Source: Verrucomicrobia bacterium UBA6775
GTDB taxonomy: Bacteria; Verrucomicrobiota; Verrucomicrobiia; Limisphaerales; UBA1096
Assembly: GCA_002453165.1 (NCBI GenBank)
Contig: DKGH01000136.1
Coordinates: forward strand, 1,522 to 57,321
DNA: 55,800 nucleotides
Direction of reading: 5' to 3'
A program made the position numbers and the translations under genes. Below, one piece after another: positions 8,865 to 18,377 of this stretch. A model generated the notes under the pieces. That model was not told the DNA's origin. It searched no databases and saw nothing but the letters and a program-made list of their open reading frames with translations. Every line of letters begins with the position of its first letter. Position 1 is the stretch's first letter.

Positions 8865-10928
8865 TCACCCGTGTCTCGCGACCAGTTCGCGGGCTTTTTG
8901 GATCAGGCGCCAGTCCTCGATGAGGTTACCGAACTTGAAATCCGGCAGGCCGCTCTGCGCCTGACCAAGCAGTTCGCCGGGGCCGCGCTGACGCAGGTCT
9001 TCCTCCGCCAACTCGAAGCCGTCGCTGATATTCTCCATCACGGCCAGCCGGTGTTGCCCCTCCTCGGTGGCATCCTCGGCAACGAGAATGCAAAACGACT
9101 CGTGCGAACCGCGCCCGATGCGTCCCCGGAGTTGATGCAGTTGCGCCAACCCAAACCGATCGGCATTCTCGATCAACATGATCGTGGCGTTGGGGATGTC
9201 CACGCCGACCTCGATCACGCTGGTGGAAAGCAGCGCCTTGATTTCGCACGACAAAAAACCGCCGATCACTGCCTCCTTTTCGTCCGATTTCAAACGACCA
9301 TGCAACAGCCCAACCGTGTGCGGGGCAAGCTGTTCCCGGACGGCATCAAACTCCTGATTGACCGCCTTAAGATTGCCGCTGCCCTGATCATCCACACGCG
9401 GATAAACAATGTACGCCTGACGGCCCTCGACGATTTTTTCGCGAATAAATCCCCACACCTTGGGCAGGCTTTCCGGGGTTCGGACGAACGTCCTCACGCG
9501 GCCCCGACCGGGCGGCAGTTCATCGATCACGGAGCAATCGAGATCCCCGTAAACAGTCAACCCGAGCGTGCGCGGAATCGGCGTGGCGGTCATCACCAAC
9601 ACGTGCGGATAGCGTCCCTTTTTCACCAGTTTCTTCCGCTGTTCCACGCCAAACTTGTGCTGTTCATCGATGATTGCCAACCCGATATTCTCGAGCGCAA
9701 ACCCCTCCTCCACCAGGGCATGCGTCCCGACCACGACCGGCGACAATGCTTCGTCATCCATCCCCAGTTCCCTCTGTGCCGGGTCGATTTCGCATAGTGT
9801 TTTTTTGCTGCCGGTGTGCAGGTGAACCGTGATGCCCAGCGGCGAAAACCAGTTCCCAAAAACCCGGTAATGCTGCTCCGCCAAAATCTCGGTTGGCGCG
9901 AGCACCACCGCGCTAAACCCGCTCTCGATCGCCCGCAACGCGGCGCAGGCAGCCACCGCGGTTTTTCCCGATCCGACATCCCCCTGCAACAGGCGACGCA
10001 TCGGAAACGACCCGGCCATGTCGCGGGCGACATCCTCCCATGCCCGCTGCTGCGCCCCGGTCAGTGTGAATCCCAGTCCCTCGATATACGGCTTCACCAG
10101 CCTCTCGTCCCCGGTGCAGTCGAGCGCCTGGATCGTCGATCGAAACCTTTTTCGTTTTTCCTGAATTTGAATTTGGAACCGGATGAACTCCTCCAGAGCC
10201 AGGCGTTCCCGCGCCATCTCCGTCTGCTCGATGTCATCCGGGAAGTGCACCGCCTTGAACGCCTCAGGAAGCGGGAGCCAATGACTGTCGTCGCCGGCCA
10301 GCCAAGATTCGCGTTCATCGATCATCTGCTCCGCGTATCCCTCCACCGCGCGCCACATGACTGCCCGCAGCCATCGTTGCTTAATGCCCTCGGTCAACCG
10401 GTACACCGGCACAACGCGCTTGAGGTGAATGAACTCCTCACCCTCCTCCGCCACCTCGGCCTCGGGATGATCCATCGAACGGGGTTTCTCATAGGAAAGT
10501 TTGCCGTGGACGTGAACCGTGTCGCCGGTTTTGTAATAGCGATTCATATACGGCATGTTCCACCAGCGGCAGTGAAGCCTCGCTGATCCGTCGTCGATGA
10601 TAAACTCAAACAGGCTGCGACCGCCACGCATGCGCTTGACGCCGGCCGCCACGATTGGCCCCGCCACGGTGGCAATGTCGCCCTTGGCAAGGCGCTTGAT
10701 CTCGTGTGGCTGGTTTCTATCCTCGTAACGCTTCGGCCCGTGCCAGAGCAGATCGCCAATCGTGCGAATGCCCAGCTTGGCCAAGCGCGACGCCCGTTCA
10801 CCCCCGACACCCCCAAGGGAGGCGACAGGCTGGTCGATGGGATGCGGTGGCGACTCGGACACTGGCGCGAGTCTACCGGCAACACCGCGCTTGGCCAAGC
10901 CGTGCCGGTTTACCTTTTGCTTGGCCAA
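8865..10928 (-). CDS. recG: ATP-dependent DNA helicase RecG
   Basis: The wedge-domain N-terminus, Walker A LLQGDVGSGKTAVA, the DEQH box IIDEQHKFGV, and QLHQLRGRIGRG are present. The start is uncertain: either TTG at 10928 (inside a palindrome copy) or GTG at 10862. Confidence 0.9.
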   Translation of the reverse strand: MAKQKVNRHGLAKRGVAGRLAPVSESPPHPIDQPVASLGGVGGERASRLAKLGIRTIGDLLWHGPKRYEDRNQPHEIKRLAKGDIATVAGPIVAAGVKRMRGGRSLFEFIIDDGSARLHCRWWNMPYMNRYYKTGDTVHVHGKLSYEKPRSMDHPEAEVAEEGEEFIHLKRVVPVYRLTEGIKQRWLRAVMWRAVEGYAEQMIDERESWLAGDDSHWLPLPEAFKAVHFPDDIEQTEMARERLALEEFIRFQIQIQEKRKRFRSTIQALDCTGDERLVKPYIEGLGFTLTGAQQRAWEDVARDMAGSFPMRRLLQGDVGSGKTAVAACAALRAIESGFSAVVLAPTEILAEQHYRVFGNWFSPLGITVHLHTGSKKTLCEIDPAQRELGMDDEALSPVVVGTHALVEEGFALENIGLAIIDEQHKFGVEQRKKLVKKGRYPHVLVMTATPIPRTLGLTVYGDLDCSVIDELPPGRGRVRTFVRTPESLPKVWGFIREKIVEGRQAYIVYPRVDDQGSGNLKAVNQEFDAVREQLAPHTVGLLHGRLKSDEKEAVIGGFLSCEIKALLSTSVIEVGVDIPNATIMLIENADRFGLAQLHQLRGRIGRGSHESFCILVAEDATEEGQHRLAVMENISDGFELAEEDLRQRGPGELLGQAQSGLPDFKFGNLIEDWRLIQKARELVARHG

Positions 10929-10952
10929 GCTGAGTCGTAGACTGCGCCGCCG

Positions 10953-11564
10953 ATGTCACGCGATCTCGAGCCCAAATTTGATCATCTCTGGAAGGAGTAC
11001 ACCGGTGTGTTCATGGCGATGGACGATCTGACGCTCGCGCGCTGGATGGCCCAGACGCTGGGCCAATTCGCCGGACGGGTTTGGCGGCTCTCCCATCCCC
11101 TGCTGTTGACCTACGAGCTGGCAGCTCGCGCCGCGCACGACCGGCAAATCTGGCTCAAGGGCATGGGCATCGTGCCGACCGACTACATTCCCGCCGAGTG
11201 CTGCCGCGCCCCGCTATTTCCGGTGCTGTCGCGGGATGTCGCAGAGGTCGGGCTTGTCTGCAAACACTGCGGCGAGGCCTGCGTCCACCCGGAGGATCTC
11301 CCGGTAGAAATGAAAAGCTCCCTCATCGAGTGGGCGGAAAAGTACGAAAAGGTGCACGCAGTCGCCCACTGGGAAGAAGACGGTATAAAACTCCCCCACA
11401 ACTACGACAGACAACTCGAAAAAGCTGCGATTAAGGCGGAAAAATATCTGCTCGAGAACGGTGACAAGCTCGCGCTGGATTTGCTGGACTATTACCCGGC
11501 AGTCGCTTGGGAGGATCAGGACGAATGCCTCTCGGTGCGCCCGGAGGATCTATGCGTCAAGTAA
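10953..11564 (+). CDS. hypothetical protein with Cys cluster (possible zinc ribbon)
   Basis: A 203-aa ORF containing the cysteine pattern ECCRAP...CKHCGEAC. I recognise no family. Confidence 0.55.
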   Translation: MSRDLEPKFDHLWKEYTGVFMAMDDLTLARWMAQTLGQFAGRVWRLSHPLLLTYELAARAAHDRQIWLKGMGIVPTDYIPAECCRAPLFPVLSRDVAEVGLVCKHCGEACVHPEDLPVEMKSSLIEWAEKYEKVHAVAHWEEDGIKLPHNYDRQLEKAAIKAEKYLLENGDKLALDLLDYYPAVAWEDQDECLSVRPEDLCVK

Positions 11565-11570
11565 CCCCAG

Positions 11571-11849
11571 TCAGACCTGATCTTTCTGGTCCGGGAACTT
11601 TTCCTTGATCGCACGGACAAGACGCTGCTCATCGGCCGGTTCCATCTTGCGGCGGGGAATCCGACGACGCACCCCGTCCAGCAACTCCAGCCAGTCGTCA
11701 AATTCCGGCTCGGGGTAAGATTCCCATTTTTCAAAACGGCGCTCGCGCTGAAAGAACTTCCAGACTCCACGCTCATTTCGGGCGTAGTATTCCATCCGCT
11801 CACCGTACTCGCCGCGGCGTTTCCAACTGATCTCGCCCTTTGCACCCAT
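11571..11849 (-). CDS. hypothetical small basic protein (92 aa)
   Basis: ATG at 11849 gives MGAKGEISWKRRGEYGERMEYYARNERGVWKFF.... The longer track ORF (to 12128) overlaps ispF and is rejected. Confidence 0.45.
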   Translation of the reverse strand: MGAKGEISWKRRGEYGERMEYYARNERGVWKFFQRERRFEKWESYPEPEFDDWLELLDGVRRRIPRRKMEPADEQRLVRAIKEKFPDQKDQV

Positions 11850-11851
11850 TG

Positions 11852-12331
11852 TTATTGCGGGAGGTTCACTGCCGCCACGGCCATCGCGGCCATGCCCTCT
11901 TCGCGGCCAAGAAAACCGAGCAACTCGTTGGTCGTTGCCTTGATGCCGATTTGGTCGGGCGAAATGTAAAGCGCCTGCGCGACCGCGATCTTCATTGCGG
12001 GTACATGGGGCAGAATCTTCGGGGCCTCCGCGATCAACGTCGCGTCGATATTGACGATCGCCCCGCCGACGTTGCCCACCAACTCGGAGGCTTTCTCGAG
12101 AAAAATGCGGCTGGGCGCGTTCTTCCACTGCGGATCACTGGGAGGAAAGTAAGTGCCAATATCGCCCTCGCCGATCGCCCCAAGCACGGCATCACAAATC
12201 GCGTGCAACAGCACGTCGGCATCCGAGTGACCGTTCAGCCCCTTCGTGTGCTCAATCTCCACGCCCCCAAGCCAAAGCGGTCGCCCCTCAACAAGGCGAT
12301 GCACATCGTAACCTATTCCGGTATGAACCAC
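11852..12331 (-). CDS. ispF: 2-C-methyl-D-erythritol 2,4-cyclodiphosphate synthase
   Basis: The sequence (V)VHTGIGYDVHRL...GHSDADVLLHAICDAVLGA...GDIG...FP is the IspF signature. The start is taken at the GTG at 12331. Confidence 0.9.
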   Translation of the reverse strand: MVHTGIGYDVHRLVEGRPLWLGGVEIEHTKGLNGHSDADVLLHAICDAVLGAIGEGDIGTYFPPSDPQWKNAPSRIFLEKASELVGNVGGAIVNIDATLIAEAPKILPHVPAMKIAVAQALYISPDQIGIKATTNELLGFLGREEGMAAMAVAAVNLPQ

Positions 12332-12348
12332 GGCCGAATTATAGTGAC

Positions 12349-13080
12349 CTATCTGGGCTGGCCAAGGGCGAACATCGCGATGCCGGCGGCGACCGAGGCG
12401 TTGAGCGAGTTGACACGCCCCTGTTGCTCGATACCCACCACGTCCTCCGCCATGTTCAGGATGAACTGCCCCACCGATCGATCCTCCCCGCCGATGACGA
12501 GCAGCAGTTTCTCGTGATTCGCCGCCGCCACTTCCCACAACGAAGCCTTACCGGCCATGTCCAGCGCCGCGATGCGGTAGCCGGCCTCGGCGGCCTTGCG
12601 CGCGTAGCCGTTGGCCGAATCGTCCCGGCAGATTTTCATGAACTCCGTTGCGCCGGTGCTCACCTTGACGACGGACGGATACACCTCCGGCACGCCCTTT
12701 TTGGGCAGGCACACCGAGGTAAATCCAAACACCTCCGCGGTGCGCAGGATGGCCCCGACGTTGTGCGGATCCTCCACGTTGTCGAGCAGCAGCATTCTCG
12801 GCACGCCGAGCAACTCGGTAAATTCCGCATACGGATAAAGCGTTGTCTTGAGCACAACACCCTGATGATCGCGGCTGCCGGAGAGTTGCATCAACCGCCC
12901 CTTGTCCGTCCACTCGATCTCGATCTCGTTGCGCTCCAGCAGGCTGACCAGTTTTTTTACGCGCGAGTTTTCGCGCATCCCCTCGTTCAAGTGAGCTGCG
13001 AAAACGCGCCGTTTCCCTGCTCGCAACACCTCAAACGCAGGGTTCAACCCATACACAAACTCTCGACTCGCCTTGGCCAT
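12349..13080 (-). CDS. rlmB: TrmH/SpoU family 23S rRNA (guanosine-2'-O)-methyltransferase (RlmB-like)
   Basis: EFVYGLNPAFEVL N-terminal domain, DNVEDPHNVGAILRTAEVFG, and the C-terminal knot motifs LVIGGEDRSV and NSLNASVAAGIAMF. ATG at 13080. Confidence 0.8.
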   Translation of the reverse strand: MAKASREFVYGLNPAFEVLRAGKRRVFAAHLNEGMRENSRVKKLVSLLERNEIEIEWTDKGRLMQLSGSRDHQGVVLKTTLYPYAEFTELLGVPRMLLLDNVEDPHNVGAILRTAEVFGFTSVCLPKKGVPEVYPSVVKVSTGATEFMKICRDDSANGYARKAAEAGYRIAALDMAGKASLWEVAAANHEKLLLVIGGEDRSVGQFILNMAEDVVGIEQQGRVNSLNASVAAGIAMFALGQPR

Positions 13081-13179
13081 CGTGGCGCAAAACCTACGGC
13101 AGCCTCGTGGCGAAACCAAGTCGCTTGGCCACTTTTGACTTTTGAGCCGGGCAGATTCGTTTTTGACTTGGCCAAGCCG

Positions 13180-13752
13180 ATGAGCAACAACGAATTTCAA
13201 TCCATACTCGATGGCATTTGGCAACGATTGGCCAAGGCGGCCAAAGACCCGGCCGATCCCTGGCGACTACCCACCCTTGCCGCACAGGGGCTAAATGGTC
13301 CCAGCGCGCGCACGATGGTGATGCGCAGCGCAGACTCCTCAGAAAGGTTACTCACTGCGCAAACCGATATCCGCTCCACCAAGATTTCCGGCTTCCGCAA
13401 AGATCCACGTGTCGCCTGGCTGTTCTTCGATCCAGCAAAACAGGAACAGGTGCGGGCGACCGGCCGTGCGATTATCCATCACGATGACGACATCACGCGG
13501 CGCGCTTGGCCAAGCGTGCCCGAGGCGAACCAATACAACTACGCCACGGGGCACGCACCGGGAGCGAGCATCGACGATCCCGCACAGGGTCAGGCAACGA
13601 GTGGCGATCTGGCAAAAGCCTACGACAACTTCGCCGTAATCCGGTGCGAAATCACCGCGATCGACTGGCTGCAACTCGGTACGACAGCCCACCGGCGTGC
13701 ACAGTTTTCATGGAACGGCACCGATTGGCTGGCTACTTGGGCCGTGCCATAA
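13180..13752 (+). CDS. pyridoxamine 5'-phosphate oxidase-like FMN-binding protein
   Basis: A 190-aa C-terminal part of track ORF 12424..13752, starting at ATG 13180. It has a PNPOx-like pattern (PSARTMVMRS...DIRSTKI...DPRVAWLFFD...QVRATG). The upstream part of the track ORF is antisense to rlmB and is rejected. Confidence 0.7.
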   Translation: MSNNEFQSILDGIWQRLAKAAKDPADPWRLPTLAAQGLNGPSARTMVMRSADSSERLLTAQTDIRSTKISGFRKDPRVAWLFFDPAKQEQVRATGRAIIHHDDDITRRAWPSVPEANQYNYATGHAPGASIDDPAQGQATSGDLAKAYDNFAVIRCEITAIDWLQLGTTAHRRAQFSWNGTDWLATWAVP

Positions 13753-13800
13753 ACGGGGGGTCTCCTTGCCATTTTCCCACAAAATGCCGATACTCGCGCC

Positions 13801-14703
13801 GTGAGCGAAAGCATCACCAAGTTGACCAATGACCTGATCGCCTCCTACGCCAAGGTGGGCGGGATCAATCATTTGGACGGCGGGAATCTGCCGTCGAAGT
13901 TTGCCATCGCCACGATCACCACCGACCTGCTGCGGCTGCTGCTGCCCGGTTTCTTTGACGATAAACCGATCCAGACCGCCGAATTGAAGGTCGATATCGC
14001 GATGTTGATGGACAGCGTCAGCGGCCGGCTTGAGGACGAAATCACCAAGAGCATCGAGTACAAACCGCCCGGCGGAAAAACGGCAGACCGCCCAAGACAA
14101 TTGGCCCGCGAGCTCACGATGGAATTTCTGGGCACCTTCCCTACCATCCGCGAACTGCTCAAGACCGACGTCGAGGCAGCCTACGCCGGCGACCCCGCCG
14201 CAATCAGCCACGAGGAAGTAGTCGTCGCCTACCCGTTCATCGAGACCATCGCCGTCCAGCGCATGGCACACGAACTATACAAGCAGGACGTCACGCTGAT
14301 CCCGCGCATCATGAGCGAGTGGGCGCACAGCCGAACCGGCATCGACCTACACCCAGGGGCAAAAATCGGCTCGCACTTCTTCATCGACCACGGCACCGGT
14401 ACGGTGGTAGGCGAAACTACCGTTATCGGCAACAACGTGAAAATCTACCACGGCGTCACCATCGGCGCGAAATCGACCTCGCGCGTGGAAGAACTCCGCG
14501 GCAGCAAACGCCACCCCACCATCGAAGACAGCGTAACGATCTACCCCGGCGCCACAATCCTCGGGGGAGAAACCGTCATCGGAGCAAACAGCACCATCGG
14601 CGGCAACGTTTTCTTAATCCAAAGCGTTCCAGAAAACTCCCTCGTTATCGCCGAAGACGTCAGTGTCAAAGTCACCAACAAAGCCACACAAGCCGAAATC
14701 TAA
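13801..14703 (+). CDS. cysE: serine O-acetyltransferase (long form)
   Basis: Hexapeptide-repeat core IDLHPGAKIGSHFFIDHGTGTVVGETTVIGNNVKIYHGVTIGA and HPTIEDSVTIYPGATILGG. GC content drops over the last ~100 nt. Confidence 0.85.
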   Translation: MSESITKLTNDLIASYAKVGGINHLDGGNLPSKFAIATITTDLLRLLLPGFFDDKPIQTAELKVDIAMLMDSVSGRLEDEITKSIEYKPPGGKTADRPRQLARELTMEFLGTFPTIRELLKTDVEAAYAGDPAAISHEEVVVAYPFIETIAVQRMAHELYKQDVTLIPRIMSEWAHSRTGIDLHPGAKIGSHFFIDHGTGTVVGETTVIGNNVKIYHGVTIGAKSTSRVEELRGSKRHPTIEDSVTIYPGATILGGETVIGANSTIGGNVFLIQSVPENSLVIAEDVSVKVTNKATQAEI

Positions 14704-14845
14704 TTAAGCACCTGGCCAATTACCTAAATTTTCAGGGTTTTTTTGAAACTTCCACTTCTGGAATGCGTATCTTACGATTTCGGGGTGTTGACAAGCTGAA
14801 CGGTTAACAACTGGAAATTGTGACTAAAAATATCTAAATTTTCGA

Positions 14846-16225
14846 ATGAAAAATGTTGTAATTACATTACTAGTACTAGCAGCAGGTTATCTTGCTTACC
14901 TGCAGTTTGGAGATAGCGAAAAAGCAAATAACAACGCTAATAATGAGAAATTCAAACAACGCCAAACAACCACTAAGGTGGAAAAAAGGGATATCAACTT
15001 TTCCGTAACTGTTGCTGGCGAACTCAGCCCTGCTGAAAAAGTTTCGGTAAGACCTGAGGTAAATGGTAAAATTGCAGAATTAGCAGTTGATATTTCCGAC
15101 TTTGTTAAAAAAGGGGATTTGCTTTTCAGACTGGATGATAAGGATATTCGAATTGAAATTGATTCACGCAAAAAACAAATAGACAGCGCTAATCTTCAAC
15201 TTGCTCAGTCTCAAAAAGAATTTGAAAGAGCAAGCCAGCTTTATCAGGATGATCTTGTTTCAAAGGAAGTCTATGAATCTGCCAAAAACAAATTCGAACT
15301 ATCAAAAATTTCAAGGGATCGGGCACAAAACGATTATGATCTAACATCAGAAAAACTGTCCAAAACAAGTGTTGTCGCTCCGTTTGATTGCACAGTACTT
15401 TCAAGACCCGTGTCGATTGGCCAAGCGGTATCAGGCTCAGGGGGACAAAGTGGGGGCACTGAGGTTATGGAGGTAGCAGATCTAAAGAACTTAATTATTC
15501 TATCCCATGTCAATCAGTCCGATGTGTCTAGGATGAAAGTAAATCAGTCAGTCTCAATTGAGATTGAAGCTGTGGCTGATTTAATCGTAGAAGGCGTTGT
15601 AGAAAGAATAGCACCACAAGCCACCATCAAAAGCGGAATTAAAGGTTTTTCTACTAGGATCAAATTAATTAACACTGATTCGTCAACCGTCAAAACCGGA
15701 ATGACAGCAACGATTAAAATACCAGTAGCAAACTCAAAAGGAGTGACCGCTGCAAAGCTAGCTTCAATCTTTACTGAAAGAAACGATAGCAAACAAAAAA
15801 CTGAAACTTTTGCGTATGTAAAACAAACAGACGGAAAATACGCAAAACAAATGATAGAAGTAGGTGTTAGCGACTTGAATTATGCTGAAATAAAAAGAGG
15901 ACTCAAAGAGGGAGATGAGGTTTCATTAGAAAAACCTGACGAGGAAAATATTCTTGATAAAGCGATCACATTGGATGGCGAAAAAGTTGAAGAAACTAAA
16001 AAAGAAGATCCTCTGGTAGCTAAGTATGATAAAAATGGTAATGGCAAACTAGATATGGATGAAATAATTGATGCAAGAGATAAGATGACTGAAGAAGAAA
16101 AAACAGCTTTAAAAGAAAAAATGCGAGAAAGATTCGGTAGCGGCCGACCTGGTGGAAGTGGACGTCCCAGAGGAAGTGGACGGCCTGGAGGCAGTGGGGG
16201 GCGTCCCGGCAGCGGAAGGCCATAA
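14846..16225 (+). CDS. HlyD/MacA-type periplasmic adaptor (membrane fusion protein) with C-terminal EF-hand loop and GSGRP repeats
   Basis: An N-terminal TM helix is followed by a lipoyl/hairpin pattern (GKIAELAVDISDFVKKGDLLFRLD ... VVAPFDCTVLSR). The C-terminus has DKNGNGKLDMDE, then GSGRPGGSGRPRGSGRPGGSGGRPGSGRP. Confidence 0.85.
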   Translation: MKNVVITLLVLAAGYLAYLQFGDSEKANNNANNEKFKQRQTTTKVEKRDINFSVTVAGELSPAEKVSVRPEVNGKIAELAVDISDFVKKGDLLFRLDDKDIRIEIDSRKKQIDSANLQLAQSQKEFERASQLYQDDLVSKEVYESAKNKFELSKISRDRAQNDYDLTSEKLSKTSVVAPFDCTVLSRPVSIGQAVSGSGGQSGGTEVMEVADLKNLIILSHVNQSDVSRMKVNQSVSIEIEAVADLIVEGVVERIAPQATIKSGIKGFSTRIKLINTDSSTVKTGMTATIKIPVANSKGVTAAKLASIFTERNDSKQKTETFAYVKQTDGKYAKQMIEVGVSDLNYAEIKRGLKEGDEVSLEKPDEENILDKAITLDGEKVEETKKEDPLVAKYDKNGNGKLDMDEIIDARDKMTEEEKTALKEKMRERFGSGRPGGSGRPRGSGRPGGSGGRPGSGRP

Positions 16226-16247
16226 GAATAAATTCCCACACAATAAA

Positions 16248-16973
16248 ATGCCCCTTCTTGAACTCAGGGATATTCACAAAACCTATTATCTTGGCGGTGA
16301 AACAATTCGAGCACTAGATGGCGTCACGTTGGATATCGACTCTGGAGAATTCATTTCGATTATCGGCCCATCTGGAAGTGGAAAATCGACATTAATGCAC
16401 ATTATTGGTTGTTTGGATTCCCCGACATCCGGAACTATCAATTTGGATGGCGTGATGATTCATAATGCATCCGCTCGACAATTAGCATCCATTCGGAATA
16501 AGAAAATCGGTTTTGTCTTTCAATTTTTTAATCTATTACCAAAGTTAACAGTACGCCAAAATGTTGAACTTCCGATGATTTACAGTGGATTTAGCAGCAA
16601 AGAAAGGCGTGAAAGAGCCATGAACGCTCTAGAATCTGTAAACATGGAAGACCGAAGCAAACATAGGCCTTCACAACTTTCAGGAGGACAACAGCAGAGA
16701 ACGGCAATTGCCAGAGCTTTAGTTAATAATCCAAAAATAATTTTCGCTGACGAGCCTACTGGGAATTTAGATTCCAACACTGGAGAACGAATTCTTCAGA
16801 TGTTTGACAAACTACATACCGAAGGCAAAACAGTCATGCTTGTAACACATGACCCTGAGATAGCTGCAGTTACTCCGAGACGAATCGAAATCAGAGATGG
16901 CAAGATAGCCAACGAAATTGATCCAAAACTTTCGGGACAAACTCCAAGATTTAATATTGGTACAAAAAATTAA
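16248..16973 (+). CDS. ABC transporter ATP-binding protein (MacB/LolD-type)
   Basis: Walker A GPSGSGKST, Q-loop, signature LSGGQQQR and Walker B IIFADEPT. ATG at 16248. Confidence 0.9.
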   Translation: MPLLELRDIHKTYYLGGETIRALDGVTLDIDSGEFISIIGPSGSGKSTLMHIIGCLDSPTSGTINLDGVMIHNASARQLASIRNKKIGFVFQFFNLLPKLTVRQNVELPMIYSGFSSKERRERAMNALESVNMEDRSKHRPSQLSGGQQQRTAIARALVNNPKIIFADEPTGNLDSNTGERILQMFDKLHTEGKTVMLVTHDPEIAAVTPRRIEIRDGKIANEIDPKLSGQTPRFNIGTKN

Positions 16974-16988
16974 AAGCCATCAAAGTAA

Positions 16989-18374
16989 ATGAATTTGCTT
17001 ACAATTATATTAAGTGGATTCAGGGAAATCAAAGCGCATTGGTTTCGCTCTGCTCTAACTATGTTTGGCGTTATATGCGGTGTTGCAAGCCTCGTTACAA
17101 TGGCAGCTTTTGTTAAAGGGAAAGAAAATCTCTTAAGGGAATCACTTGCGCAATCAGGAGGCTTGGAACGAATTACTATCGAATCTGAAGACGACTTACC
17201 TGATTACCAAAAACACCTGGAAGACGAAATAAGAGGCATAACGCTTAAAGATGTATACGCCTTAAAGAATAACGCGCCATTAGTATATAACGTAACACCA
17301 ATAATTCAAAAAAGGAGTTTCAGGAGTGATTTGCGAGTAACAAGGAAAGAGAAAAGCACTCGCTTCACACTTCTTCAGGGAACCTGGCCGGAATCCCTAG
17401 ACATCATGGATCATGAAATCGAACATGGAAGAATGTTTTCCGAAATAGAAGATCACCTCGCCAAAAATGTTTGCGTCATAGGAACAGAAGTTAGAAATTC
17501 ACTGTTCGGCGAATACGACGAAAACGGGGAAACCATAGTTCCCATTGATGAAACAATTTTTATCAACTATAAGCCATTTAAGATAGTGGGAATGCTCAAG
17601 GAATACATGACTGAAGCGGACCGAAAAAAGAAAGAGGAAGCAAAAAAGAACAAAGGGGCTACACAACGGGGTTTTGATTGGAGGAGCATGAGGTACAAAG
17701 ACAGCAATAGTAGGAGATCAATGATAGTTTACAGTTCAAAAAACAGCACAATATTGATCCCACTAAATACATTAGTTTCGAAACTGGATTCCAGCTTTGA
17801 GAGCGGCAGCAAAATGGACAGAAGCCTATCGGAATTAACAATGAAAATCTTTGATGTTTCGCTATTAGAAAAATCCTTACAACAAGTTCGAAATGTATTA
17901 TTAAGAACTCACAATGGACTTGAAGATTTTGAATTTGAAACCCAAGAGTCGTTCGCAGACGATATTACCCAAGCGATTTACAACGAGAGAACTAGCGGCA
18001 TGTTCATTGCGGGCATTTGCCTATTAGTTGGGGGCATAGGGATTATTAATATAATGCTCTCAAGTATTTCCGAACGAGTCAGGGAAATAGGTATTAGAAA
18101 ATCAATAGGCGCAACAAATCTTGATATGTTTTCACAGATATTAACTGAGAGTGTAGTACTGGCAGTCTCTGGCGGGATCATAGGATTAATAGCTTCTCCT
18201 TTCCTAATTGATGCGTTAGCTAGCTACGCCCCTGACACAACTCCTCCTATTATGACAGTAGAATCCATGTTTATAGGATTCTCATTCAGTGCGATAACAG
18301 GTAGCCTTGCTGGATTAATCCCTGCAATAAAAGCTGCTAAATTGGATCCAATTGAAGCATTAAGATACGATTAA
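16989..18374 (+). CDS. ABC transporter permease, FtsX/MacB family (paralogue 1)
   Basis: N-terminal TM segment, a large periplasmic domain, and a C-terminal FtsX block (ERVREIGIRKSIGAT ... KAAKLDPIEALRYD). Confidence 0.85.
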   Translation: MNLLTIILSGFREIKAHWFRSALTMFGVICGVASLVTMAAFVKGKENLLRESLAQSGGLERITIESEDDLPDYQKHLEDEIRGITLKDVYALKNNAPLVYNVTPIIQKRSFRSDLRVTRKEKSTRFTLLQGTWPESLDIMDHEIEHGRMFSEIEDHLAKNVCVIGTEVRNSLFGEYDENGETIVPIDETIFINYKPFKIVGMLKEYMTEADRKKKEEAKKNKGATQRGFDWRSMRYKDSNSRRSMIVYSSKNSTILIPLNTLVSKLDSSFESGSKMDRSLSELTMKIFDVSLLEKSLQQVRNVLLRTHNGLEDFEFETQESFADDITQAIYNERTSGMFIAGICLLVGGIGIINIMLSSISERVREIGIRKSIGATNLDMFSQILTESVVLAVSGGIIGLIASPFLIDALASYAPDTTPPIMTVESMFIGFSFSAITGSLAGLIPAIKAAKLDPIEALRYD

Positions 18375-18377
18375 AAC

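Noticed and set aside
11571-12128. A 185-aa minus-strand ORF spanning 11571..12128.
   Set aside because: Its upstream two thirds overlap ispF in another frame and are Arg/Gly-rich shadow sequence. Only the distal 92 codons from ATG 11849 are kept as a low-confidence CDS.
14704-14845. A 10-bp direct repeat CTAAATTTTC (14724-14733 and 14834-14843) considered as possible attL/attR or insertion scars of the low-GC island.
   Set aside because: Both copies lie on the same (left) side of the island within an AT-rich promoter region. No matching copy exists at the right border, and no integrase is present. It is more likely a chance or promoter-related repeat.
16135-16222. The GC-rich ~18-nt tandem repeat at the end of the adaptor gene considered as a non-coding repeat or a separate element.
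   Set aside because: It is in frame with the adaptor ORF, encodes a regular GSGRP peptide repeat, and is terminated by the gene's stop codon. It is treated as coding low-complexity sequence and reported as a finding.
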